NCBI GenBank assembly: GCA_048013815.1
Contig: CM106586.1
Location: 12,214,001-12,278,000, forward strand
Source of the DNA: Setoptus koraiensis
Lineage: Eukaryota; Animalia; Arthropoda
DNA length: 64,000 nt
Direction of reading: 5' to 3'
Position 1 is the first letter of the stretch. Every line of letters begins with the position of its first letter. Both the position numbers and the translations under genes were made by a program. Shown piece after piece: positions 48,285 to 59,369 of this stretch. Under the pieces are notes generated by a model. The model was not told where the DNA came from. It saw only the letters and a program-made list of their open reading frames with translations, and made no database searches.

Positions 48285-50891
48285 TCAGCTGGATGCATAC
48301 GGATTCTTGGTGCCTTTGCTGGCCTCATCTGTTTTTGGATAGAAGTTTTCTGCCTTGCTCTCGTCCGTTGCTCCTTTTTCATTCCTCATGTATGGATTAT
48401 TATCTTGATGGTCGTCTTCGTATCCTTCGTCGTCATCGTCGTCGTCATGGTGCTTGTTTCGTTCGCTTGACTTGGACTGCTTGTGATCTCGTGACCGATC
48501 GCCATGATGATCGTCGTCGTCGCTGTCGTCGAAGTCATCGTCAGATTCCAGATCAGAATCAGCGTCAGAGTGGCGGGCCTCATTCTTTAAATCATCTTCT
48601 TCATCGTCGTGTTTTGTTTGTTTGTTTTCATGTGGCTCGTCCTCATCGTACTCATCATCGTCATGGTGCCCTCGACGGTGGTCATGTTTGTTTTCCTCCT
48701 CCTCATCATCGTCATCACTATCATCATCATCATCAATTTCGCGCTGCTTATTGAACTTTTTGTTCGCATGATCGTCATGATGTTCATCATCGGATGAATC
48801 GTCGTCGTTGTCGTAGTCATCATCTTGATCATTATCATAACCGTTTCCTGCTTTCTTGTCTTTTAATTGCTCATCGATTTCATCGTCTCTCTCATCATCG
48901 TCATCGTCATCTTCATCATCATGATGAGAAGCCCTAATTCTGTTGGAATCTTTAGATCGCTCTCTGTATGGATCATTGTCATAGTGTTCGTCGGAATCAT
49001 CGTCATCGTCGTGCCCATCTCTATCCAGACCTTTTTCGGCAGCGTGCTCCAGAGCCTCTTCGCCGAAATTGTGCTCGTCGCGTCTCAGATGCTCGAGATC
49101 CTGGCGAAGTTCTTCTCGCGAATGCTCTTCCCTGAGGCGCTCGTTCTCTTCGTTCATGAGACGACGTTCATGGTCTTCGTCACTAAGATGCTCTTCATTA
49201 ATATTGTGCTCCTCGTCCTCCTGATGGCGACTGCGTTCCTCTAGATCCTTATGTCGCAATTCGTCCCCTCGATATCTTTCCCTCGCCAGCTCTTCCTCTT
49301 CGTCTCCTCCTGGTCGGGCGGCCCTGATGTTGTTGTCGCTTGTTCGGCGACCCTCACCATCGACGCGGCTCAATCTCGGTTCCTCCATCAACATCCTTTC
49401 TTGCTGTTCTCGGCGTCGCAAATCGGCCTCATTAGGCGACAATGGCACACGATCATTTGTCGCAAACGCATCGGCATTAGCATGGTCAGTGTATTGTCCA
49501 GCATCGTCGTCTTGTCTCAATATTGGGCCCGCTACTGGGTCCAGTGGCCTGGCTGTAATTGGCGCCGATTCAATAGGGAAACCAGCGTTCTCTGGAGCAG
49601 GGTAGCCTCTCCTGGCAAAGTCGTCATTATTGTACATTATCGGCATAGTGGCGGGCCCTCCTGCACTCGCTCTTATTCTATTCACCGGCTGCTCTAACCT
49701 ATCGCCGGCAACTGGCGCGGCAATGCCCTCTGGGTAAGCCTCATGATACCTGATACGTTCCTCGGGCGGCCCAGCGACGATATCTGGTCTCGGGTACTTA
49801 GCCATGGGGTCGCGATCGACGCCAATGTCAGCGGCGGGCGGCGCCAGTCCATCGTAGCCCGCTTGAGCTTGAGCACTCGACACACGCGGATCGAAACGAG
49901 CCTCAGGTCGGCCATAATAAGCAGCCGGCCCATTCTGAGGCGGCTCCTCTGGCTCGTGCAGCCAAACCGGATGGGGCCCAGGTGATGGGAGCTCGTCGCC
50001 GGCCACATATTGTTCCGGCTCGGGATAATGGGGTCTGGCCAGCGGTGACGGCTCCATTATGTTGTTGTGAGCATGCTCGAATTCCTCTGAATGGTTCTCT
50101 TCTTTTTCGTGACTGTAACTAGTCTGCTTCGATTTCGTCATTTGATTGCCGCCAATCATTGGTGGCGCCATCAATGGATCCTCATGAAGCGGGTAGCGCA
50201 CGGGCAGCTCATCGTGTGGCTCATACTCGTGCGGCCCCATTAGCTCTGGCTCAGGCTCGACCAATTGTGGACCGTCCGCACCCGAAGCGGCCGCCGCGGA
50301 AGCCGCTGCGGATCCGCCCGGTCCTGAAGCGGCAGCCGCAGCAGCAGAAGCGGGTCTCGGACCTCGGTACCGTCCGCTAGGTCTATGGTACAATGGCGGA
50401 TTCATTATGTACTGCGGGGGTAGGGGTGTCATGAGCTTGGGGGGCTTTTTTTTATTGAATCTGTGTTGTACTGCGCTAAATGTCGACTTGATTTTTGTCA
50501 TAAAGCCAGCTCCTTTTTTTGGTGTCGCTGCTGCATTGCCAGGGGGGCCTGGCGGCAATATCGGTGGCGGCGGCGGCTGCATTGGTGGCTGCGGTGCCAT
50601 TGGATTGCTGGCGAACGGGTTCGAATTCAGCTGTTGGTTTTTCGGCTGACCGTGATGGAAAAACTTGCTGAATAGGTTGGCCTCTGTCAAGGATGTGCCA
50701 CAAAGCATTGTTGTTAGTATCATTAGGCTTAATGAGATAATTAAAATGATGCCATTGTTCATCGAGGGTCGTCTAGCGATGGCGTTACGACCGTCACAGC
50801 GGCCATCATGCTCGTCATAATTATCATTATTATGATGATTGCTCTTGTTATTACTACTGTGCCCACAACGATAATTTCGCAGTCTGGCCAT
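48285..50891 (-). CDS. Large secreted, intrinsically disordered orphan protein (Pro/Gly/Ala-rich N-half, Asp/Glu/His-rich C-half), single coding exon
   Basis: Uninterrupted 2.6-kb frame with strongly biased coding-type composition. A clear signal peptide MNNGIILIISLSLMILTTMLCGTSLTEA starts at ATG 50762 (825 aa); the first in-frame ATG is 50891 (868 aa). No domain recognised. Confidence 0.85.
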   Translation of the reverse strand: MARLRNYRCGHSSNNKSNHHNNDNYDEHDGRCDGRNAIARRPSMNNGIILIISLSLMILTTMLCGTSLTEANLFSKFFHHGQPKNQQLNSNPFASNPMAPQPPMQPPPPPILPPGPPGNAAATPKKGAGFMTKIKSTFSAVQHRFNKKKPPKLMTPLPPQYIMNPPLYHRPSGRYRGPRPASAAAAAASGPGGSAAASAAAASGADGPQLVEPEPELMGPHEYEPHDELPVRYPLHEDPLMAPPMIGGNQMTKSKQTSYSHEKEENHSEEFEHAHNNIMEPSPLARPHYPEPEQYVAGDELPSPGPHPVWLHEPEEPPQNGPAAYYGRPEARFDPRVSSAQAQAGYDGLAPPAADIGVDRDPMAKYPRPDIVAGPPEERIRYHEAYPEGIAAPVAGDRLEQPVNRIRASAGGPATMPIMYNNDDFARRGYPAPENAGFPIESAPITARPLDPVAGPILRQDDDAGQYTDHANADAFATNDRVPLSPNEADLRRREQQERMLMEEPRLSRVDGEGRRTSDNNIRAARPGGDEEEELARERYRGDELRHKDLEERSRHQEDEEHNINEEHLSDEDHERRLMNEENERLREEHSREELRQDLEHLRRDEHNFGEEALEHAAEKGLDRDGHDDDDDSDEHYDNDPYRERSKDSNRIRASHHDDEDDDDDDERDDEIDEQLKDKKAGNGYDNDQDDDYDNDDDSSDDEHHDDHANKKFNKQREIDDDDDSDDDDEEEENKHDHRRGHHDDDEYDEDEPHENKQTKHDDEEDDLKNEARHSDADSDLESDDDFDDSDDDDHHGDRSRDHKQSKSSERNKHHDDDDDDEGYEDDHQDNNPYMRNEKGATDESKAENFYPKTDEASKGTKNPYASS

Positions 50892-53800
50892 TGTGGTGAT
50901 AAAAGAAAAAACAGTAAGTCTTTGTATGGTGTAGATATATTGCACTCGTTAGGTAGTATATTGAGTGCAGTGGTGTGTCAATCAACTAACGTTAAGTTAG
51001 TTAAGCGATCACGAAGTCACTGATCTGTTTGGTTTGGTGTACACTGTGCTATTGTATCGGTAAATCAATGATAATTACCAAGCGAATCTAGAGCGAAAAG
51101 AACAGTTCAACACGTATTTAGTGTAATGTATCTATGACAACTGACTAGTCAGTCGCTGCACAATTGCAATGAACGCTGTCGGGCTTGGTGCGGAACGCGC
51201 GACCTGGTTGACAGGATAGTGTGATGGGATTCTCTGTCGCTGTCACGACGTCACATGTAGGCATTTTTTTTTCTTCTTTCGACACAAACATTATTATTAC
51301 AGGTTGCTTTTCTATTTTTCATACCTGCTCGTGTCCGCATCGCAGATCGGCTGATGCGCGCTATTTCTGGCCACATTTACTGGTCTAAAAATAGACCAGA
51401 TACCCATGCACTGCACAGCAATATTTTCATTATTTTCATCATTTTCATAGGCGTGTAACAGTCGGAAAAATACATACTGCAGTCACTGGAGTCCAGTGAT
51501 CGGTTTTCACGCTGAAACGGCATGACAACGAAATGTTGCCGTTGGTGGTGGCCAGTTTCATCAAGTAATTACACTGACCACGTTTGTGAATTTGGCCGCT
51601 TGCGGACGGCCAGCATGGTCGCACACAAACACTGACAAAATGTAGATGAGACGAAAAATTAAATCTCGGTGTTTTGCGGCGACCTTTTAGACTTGTCACA
51701 GTGGCAGTCGTCATGCTGATTCGATTGGCCTGCTTAGCATTGGCGACACACTCCGACTTCTTGTGCCGGCGGAGTTTTGGTCCGGCCGGTCGGCCAGACC
51801 AGAACTTCCGCTGGCACAACGCTCTAATCTGACGGGACCGGCCGAACACAACAATCAGCTCGTTGTGGCTGCACCCAAAATGAGGTTCCCCGAGCACTTA
51901 TTTCGCGCAAATGCCAGCACAAGTGCGCGCGAGGCCCACGGCCCATCAAACGCAAACCAACCGTATAAACATTGGCGAGGAACGTGACCATTCGCTAATT
52001 ACCAGCAGACGTGCCCCATAATTTTGATGGTCGAGCTTTGTTGGGGCCCGGTTGTGGGCCGGCACACACACACACACATTATGCAAAGTAATGTCCGCTT
52101 GGCAAACACGCCTCGACAAGTATCACTAAAAAGTGCATGTTTGAACACTTTTCAGCTAGCTCATCCCAAACAGAATGGCGGCCCAACACTGTGACTTGCA
52201 TTCGAAATGCCAAATAGACTCAACATTTGCATAGCGTTGGCTCGCCAAGAAGCTGGCCAGATTGCTGCACCTGGCCCCCCCCCCCCGTTTGTTTAGATTG
52301 GGTTGGGTCGGATAATTTTGGCAGCCGTGCAGTGGTATGGTTTTTCTTGTTTTGTGTTGTGTTGTTGCGCAAATAAATGGCCACGTACCAATTGACGATT
52401 GTGTCTCTAAATGGCCCGACGGAGTTTGAAAAATTGCACCAGTTTCAAGAGCGTTTCAAGTATTTCAAGTGCCTCAAGTGTTTCAAGTGTTCCGGCTGGT
52501 CCGGGTGTTTGCTATCATGCATGGCTAGTTATCACGAGAGATCTATTTTTGTTGTAGGCCATCGAGTTTCGTTCAGGCATAATGGCATTATGGCCAGACA
52601 GTTTGCTCTGATTATTCGGCTCTCGCCGGCATTATGATGACCGTTTGCCTTTTCATAGGTCGAACGGAACAAACTTTGAACAATAACTCTGCTGCTGCTG
52701 CAATTTATTTTTCCTTCTCCTGTCAACATCATTTATGAACGTAGAGAGAGAATACGACATGTTTGAAATATAAGGGGATATTTCAAGCATGCTGCTAACT
52801 ATCGTGCCAGCCGTACTAATAACCGGAGGACACACAACGGCGCTGCAAACTATTTGTATCAGATTGGATTGGAATCGATCAAAACGTTTCTCAAAACTGG
52901 TGCTATTAGAAACTATTATTTACCATTAGCTATCAAGATGGAGATAAATCACATATCATACACACTGCAATCACTGTTGGCTCGGCCATTTCTCACTTCT
53001 CCCAAGTCCATCGTTGCTGGCAATACCAGTGCAGCTGCTGCCAACAGCCGCACTTTTCCAATGTATAAAGTCCGGCAAATTCAGCCAATGCAGTTAGTCT
53101 GAGCAAACGGACCTCTTTTCTTTCAACTTTCAACTCTCAACTCTCTGACAAAACAACTAACTGTGTGCTCGTTTGCAACAGACATCACGCGCAATTGAAT
53201 GTAGTTGTTGGAAAAAAATTTGTATTATTATTATTTGCTCTTGGCTTGCTGTTTGGCCGCAAGCAAACTTTTACTTTAAGTATGCTCAATGTTTTATGTT
53301 TTATGTTTTGTTCGCTTCTCATTTCTTTGTGGGCGCCCATTCACCCTTCGGCCTTTATTGCATGCATCCTTTCCGTTGCAAAGACCATCGTTGAAAGGAT
53401 TTCCGACCCTCACTTTCATAATGGACACTGGTTGATGCTAATGTCGGCCCTCTCGGAATAGCAACTCTAGCGACCTATCTCGGATGGGAAACCATCAGAG
53501 GCTATCGAGCAAGTGTCCAAGCATTTTTTTTCTAGTCTCAATCACAAATGGTACCAATTATATCCTTCGTCTTCTGGGATCATTTTTCTATGATGTAACA
53601 TGATGGGTTTAAGAACAAGACACGATTTGATTCCAACGCGACGCTTCTGCTGAAATTCTTCGATGAAGACACACTTCGGAGACCAGAATAAACCATCTAG
53701 CTAATACCCGGAGTGACATTCCGATTCAAATCAATGGTTTAATCAATAGAAAGATGGTCACAATTAAAATGTGATTTGAGCACTGTTTTAATAGTTTTCG

Positions 53801-53995
53801 GCGGCTGTTCTAAATCAATTTGGTTTTTATGTGGTTTCAATCGAATCAGATTTGAATCGAATCTATAAAAACTATCAAAACCATTGTATTCTGGCACATT
53901 GGTTCTATCGGTGTACAAAATTTGGTGTTGATAGCTGTTATAATTATTTATTTATTTTGTAAAAACTGGGCAAAAATTGGTTCCGAGATAAACGC

Positions 53996-54560
53996 CTAAA
54001 ACTGTCCGGCTTCATAAAACTGTTCTTCCTCGGATTCCGATCCTTCCAAGTCGGTGTTTTCTTCCATGTTCTCCTCGTTTCCTTCATTGTTTGGTCCTTT
54101 TATATGCTTTGAGTATCTTTTTCGTCCATTTGTTTGCAGAAATCTTCTAATCGAGATGATGTGGATAATCCTAAGTCTTCGCAAACATTGATGATCGCGA
54201 ACCAACCTTCGTTGCATGTCATTGCTGATATTCCAGTTGCTATTTGAAGAGTTTCTAGGCCACTAGAAGTAGATTCTAGAATTGAAACATTTATTTTGAT
54301 TCTGGCTGAAGCCGCCCTGGCATCTTTCAAGTAAATCTAATTTAGAGAGATCTCTCTCTATAAATTGGCTCTATCAGATTCCACGTTGACTCTGGTAGGG
54401 TTTTTTCGTGCTTGAATGTATCCAGACAGCTATCGTTTCTGGCTCGAATGTATTTGCAGAAGCTGTTTGGGTGTGTTGGGCATAATTGATGTTTCGGGTT
54501 TCTGTATGTTGATGACTTGTGATTGAAGCCAATCCACCCGATTTTTTCACCCCGAAAACC
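53996..54560 (-). mobile_element. Frameshifted C-terminal relic of a Mutator-like DNA transposase
   Basis: Pieces across three frames read HKSSTYRNPKHQLCPTHPNSFCKY...HEKTLPESTWNLIEPIY / LLERCQGGFSQNQN / GLETLQIATGISAMTCNEG...LG...D / FYEAGQF-stop. This follows the H.ST...PQH.LCP...WC.Y ... C..G.TQN.NE ... Y.AG.F pattern I associate with arthropod Mutator-like transposases. Confidence 0.7.
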
Positions 54561-57500
54561 TACATACCCCCTTAAAGGCCAAAATATAAGGCGATGGAGC
54601 CCCAGCCGAACATTCAATTATGATCCAGCTCGAGGCGAGTTACCTCTAGTTGAGTGCGACTGTAACGTGTAAACGATGACAGTTTGAAATAAGAGAGGAT
54701 GAAATCGAAAAATTGAAAATTCAATGATATAAAAATGTACATTTAACTTCGCAAACACAAATCAGTCACCATCATTAAAACATGTTCAAGTTTATTTTCA
54801 ATTTCTATAATCAGTCGAGTCTAGTCTTTCTGTTGTGAATGCCACGTTGATCCTGTACGGGATTCCTCCCGGGTCCCGTTCCGCCAGATTTTTCATGTAC
54901 GCTTCCGGATGTAATCGAGAGGAATTCCAAGTCTAAAAACGGATGAGAGGGGGCGGTGTCGTTGCTTGTTTCTGGCGAATGATCGAGTTGCGATTGGATA
55001 AGTGTGTCACACGGCCCAGAGGGCCGAGGATGTTTGCGAGATTGAGCAACGAGACGCACAATGCGAGCTTTTTAATTATTGCGACTCTCATTATTAGCGC
55101 GTCATCATGAGGAACACGATCACTCTCAGCTGGCACGCCGCGAGCCCCAGAAACGAGCCAAAAGAGTTTTTGGCGTCAGTGTGCCGTTGTGACTGGTCAT
55201 CGTTTCGAGCGAGTCCAGCTCAAAATGGTCAAACTAGCGCAACAACTAATAACACGGACCGAATCTTGTTGTTCACTAAATCGCTCGTGTTACGTGCTGA
55301 TAGCCGATAACGACACACAATACAATGAGTGGCACAACTTTAGAATATCCCCTTTCGAGCCTATTCTATTTGGCTTATTTGGCCATCTCGCTAGCCCAAA
55401 ATAGTCCACCATTGGACTATTTTCACCAATCACACCACTGGCTGGCCATCGGCTGTGTGCGAGACTGCAAGTTGGCTATTGGCTCGCCTGGTGGCCGTCA
55501 CTAGAATTTAGGCGGACATAGATGCCGCTTGATTAGCTTGACAAGCGGTCCAGTTAGTTAGTTGAGCAGCCGACGACACTGGCCAGCCAGCTAACTGGAG
55601 CGGCAATGGCAGTAATAATACTATCCATTGCTGGCCAGCTCCAAGGAAGCCTGTCCGGGCAGCATCTAGCTGCTTGTCACGTGGTGGCCACCAATCGATC
55701 TATGCTTTAATTTAGTCGATATTTAGTTGTCGCTCGCCCGGTTTTGTCCGTTTTGTTTTGATGATGACGCTCTCTGGCGAGACTGTGGCCGCCGCTGCGA
55801 GCTTCGTTTCTGGCTGTCTGGCCATCATCGCTCGTATGCTCGTCGGGTCTCGAAGCTGGCCCACAATTGTGTGCAAACTGTGTGTTTGTCACACAATTGT
55901 GACATAATTCGAATAGCTGAGCTTCGTGGCGGGGCTGCCGCATCAGCGCTGCACAGCCGGTGCCGGCCAATTTTATCCCCCAATTGAAACGGACCGATCT
56001 CATTCGATATTGCGCCCATTCGAATCTGTTGCAATTGGTTCGCGTTGGTCAGCATAAGCCGCCCGCCTAGAAGTTGGCGTGATTTCGGTGGGGCCAAGTC
56101 CGAACCAACACACAGGCACCATACTGAAAGCTATCGTCGCCGCTCTCATATGAATCAGAGCAAATCTCGTCCATTTCGCTCGCTATTTAACCTCGCCAGC
56201 CGGGGCAGTCTGGTTGCTGTTGTTCTAGTTACACTGCATTCAGTGTGCTCGTGTGAGGATAAAAGAAAGAGAATGATTATATGGAACAACAGTATCCACT
56301 CGCCATTAGCGGACACACTGAGTGTCGCGCACAGCGACAGCTAGAGGCAAACGAGTGAAAAGTTGGAATATAAAGATAAAGTTGGCAGCCAAATTATTAT
56401 AGATACAACATTTAGCAAATAGTGTATGGTGGCCGGCTCCTCACTTAGAGGGCCTGACCAATTTAAAGCACGCACCATCAGACGACAAAGAGGCGCGTAT
56501 AAGTGGCCCGTTGCGGTGGTCGACTGGCACGACGACGGGCTAAGCTGGGCGCGCTGGACAGCGCCACCTCTCATTCTAGCCGGCACAATCAACACACTGT
56601 GAAAGTTAGAGAACACACACACACACACGACAAAGGGCCCCCACACACAACAATGGCCACGCCAGTCAACAACAGCGACAACAAAACTTGCAAAAACGCC
56701 CGCCAGTTACCTACACAAAAGACACAGCACGGCCATTTATTCTAGTTATCGGCCATCAGCAACGGCCAGCTCGGCGCTTTGTTGTTGTCGCTGCTGCTGT
56801 TGTTGTCGCTGCTGTCGCTGTTGTTGTTGGGGTTGCTGTCGCCGTTGTTGTTGTTGTTGCGCCCGCTGCCGGCGCCGGAGTCCAGCGGCCAGCTTAATGT
56901 CGAGCTAACGGGCCCCAAAGAGCGCCAGCCATTTGGCCAGCGAGCCCAGCGACGTAATGATGATTATATTGTCATACGTTATCCAGCTAGATGACTGTCT
57001 ATTAATTGAGATCTCCACCGAGCTTTTACAATGTCCACACGCACGACGACCTTATTTGTGTACACTTGGCACGCGAGGCACCTAGGGGACGCTGGCCCCC
57101 TTGCCCGCTGGCTGGTCGTTGTGGCGCCAACACTTTCAAGACACTCTGGCTAAATTTATACTGCAATAAATTGTCTCGATGGACATTATTCTTCCATAAG
57201 CTCTGGTTGTCGTTGTTGCTGTGTCGTTGTTGAACTTTTGCCAGCCAGTCGGCGACAATTCTCTTCGCTCGTATTAGTGTTATGGGCAGGCGTTAGTTTT
57301 GGTGTTGCTAGGTGCGTTGAATAGTTTCAGTGAGTGATTTCCAGCTCTGCCGAATTCAAAAGATGTGAGCGCCTCAGTGTGGGCGCCGCGCAAACAGCAA
57401 ACCAAAGATCCAGCGAGCCAAAGAGTGAGAGAGCCAACGAGCCAAAGAGTGAAAGAGCCACGCAGAGAGAGAGAGAGAGCCGCTTAATTAGCCCGCTAGG

Positions 57501-59118
57501 TGAACTGAACCGCTGCGACTGTTGGCGACACGCAATGGCACCGAAATGGCTATACAACGTCACAAAAGAACGGCAAGGAAGGGGCCCCTTCGCAGGCCAG
57601 ATAAAAACAGCCGCTCATCACATACCACTTACTTAGGATGCCGATAATAACAAATGAGCCTGTCTGCCGGCAATGGATATACCGTCAGAACTGTTGGCAG
57701 GCCAACAACAAACAGGCTCGTCGTTAAATAAAGCATTAGATGTAAGGGGATTTGTTTTGTTCTTTTTTTTTGTGGCCACCTTCTCACCTTCCTCTGAGGT
57801 CTGTCAGCCCACCGGTGAGCCAATAAACGGAGCGGCCCCCCTTGCCGGGCAATTTTATCGTCGGGCCCCGGCAATGGGGCCGGTTATTAGATTGCAATTT
57901 GTTTAAAGATATAATAGCAGAGCGGCGCGCCATTTTGGGCTAAATTCAAACTTTTAACTTTTATTTTAGCCTCTCTAACCACTGTAGCGCTCTCACCCAT
58001 TGTCTGGTCTGGTAACTCTCGTCGTTTGGCAGCTTGTGTGAGCTGGCCCACTATTAACTGGCGACTATTTCGGGCAAGCGCCAAACGCCACACACCCACA
58101 CACAAAACCCGCCAGTCCAATATCAATGGCTCCGATGGCTGGGGCCAAATTAGCCAAGCGTTAAAGTGAAGAGAGTTTTGAGTGAATCACGAGATAGATA
58201 AAGGAAATGGATCTGCCCATTTGAGCCCTCTCTCCCTCTCGCTGTCTCTCTCTCTGCCCCCTCTAGCCGGTGAAATTAACTAGCCTTTGTATTCTCGGTG
58301 TGTTGCCTGTCTGTCTCTCTGACTCACTCACTCACTGGATAGCTTAAGTATTAGCTTTAAAAGACAACGGCTAAAGTGATGGGCGCGCCTGATTAGAGTA
58401 ACGGGCCGGCTGGCTGAGGGCCCCGTTAATGCATTAGACGCGCGCTGAGATAGGATAGATACAAATTGAACGAGCAGCGTACCGGTCATAGCCAATTCAG
58501 CTCACTCTAAGGCCTATATCCGGTTGTCTCTCGACAACGGCACCGGCAACAGCGGCCCTTTTTCAATTTAGTTAAGTTGCCAATTTTAACGGTAACGCAT
58601 ATCCGATGATGCAGTTTTTCACTGCGACCAGCAACAATAGACAATTGTTATACCATTATATCCGTCTCCTTCCTCTCTATCACGGTCCTCATAACGGTCG
58701 TATGATGATGCTGGCGTCGTTATGCATAAAACAGTATACGAACAACAGTTCAAAGTAACCTCGCTCGAACTTCGAACGAATTGCCTCCATTCCGATACCG
58801 ATATACTTTCGAAAGAGGCAAGTGAATCACGTTACTCTTATTACGATTCGCCTCGTTTCCAACATCTAAATTGGCGGAAAAAGACTTGTGTTTCATCGAT
58901 TCGAAAAAAACAGCGCCCCCATGGAGCTCGTGCAGTGAGCATTGTTCGGAAAATCCTTCGGTGTGGCCGCCAAATGTCGGAAAACTTTTCCAACACTTTT
59001 CCGAAATTTCACCCCACATTTCGGAAATGTGCACGAAAAGGAAATCGCCGGCTTCCGGTATCTAATCTTTTTCCAAATCTCTTTCCGAAATCGGATGCCT
59101 ATTGAAAAAGAAAAAAAA

Positions 59119-59224
59119 CTGACCGAAAAATGTCCGAAATCGGTTGCTGATTGAGAAAAATCTGACCGGAAAATGTCCGAAATCGGTTGCTGATTGAGAG
59201 AGAACTAACCGAAGAATATCCGAA
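59119..59224. repeat. 43-bp tandem repeat (two near-perfect copies plus one degenerate partial copy)
   Basis: CTGACCGAAAAATGTCCGAAATCGGTTGCTGATTGAGAAAAAT starts at 59119 and 59162, with CTAACCGAAGAATATCCGAA at 59205. Confidence 0.85.
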
Positions 59225-59369
59225 CCGAATTAACGTGACTCGGACGCGATTCTCCAACAGTGATTGTGATTTTATTCTGTGTAAGTATGTGTGTTGTATG
59301 AGCAAATTAGCTAGCTAATGTTTCACCTGAATTTTTCGGTTTGGTCGTTGTGTCAACGTCAACGTGAGA

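Noticed and set aside
48131-51023. Many overlapping plus-strand and alternate-frame ORFs
   Set aside because: Shadows of the low-complexity 48285-50891 coding sequence.
55398-55423. Perfect 11-bp hairpin AAAATAGTCCA-ccat-TGGACTATTTT
   Set aside because: The stem does not extend to pre-miRNA length, and I recognised no known miRNA arm.
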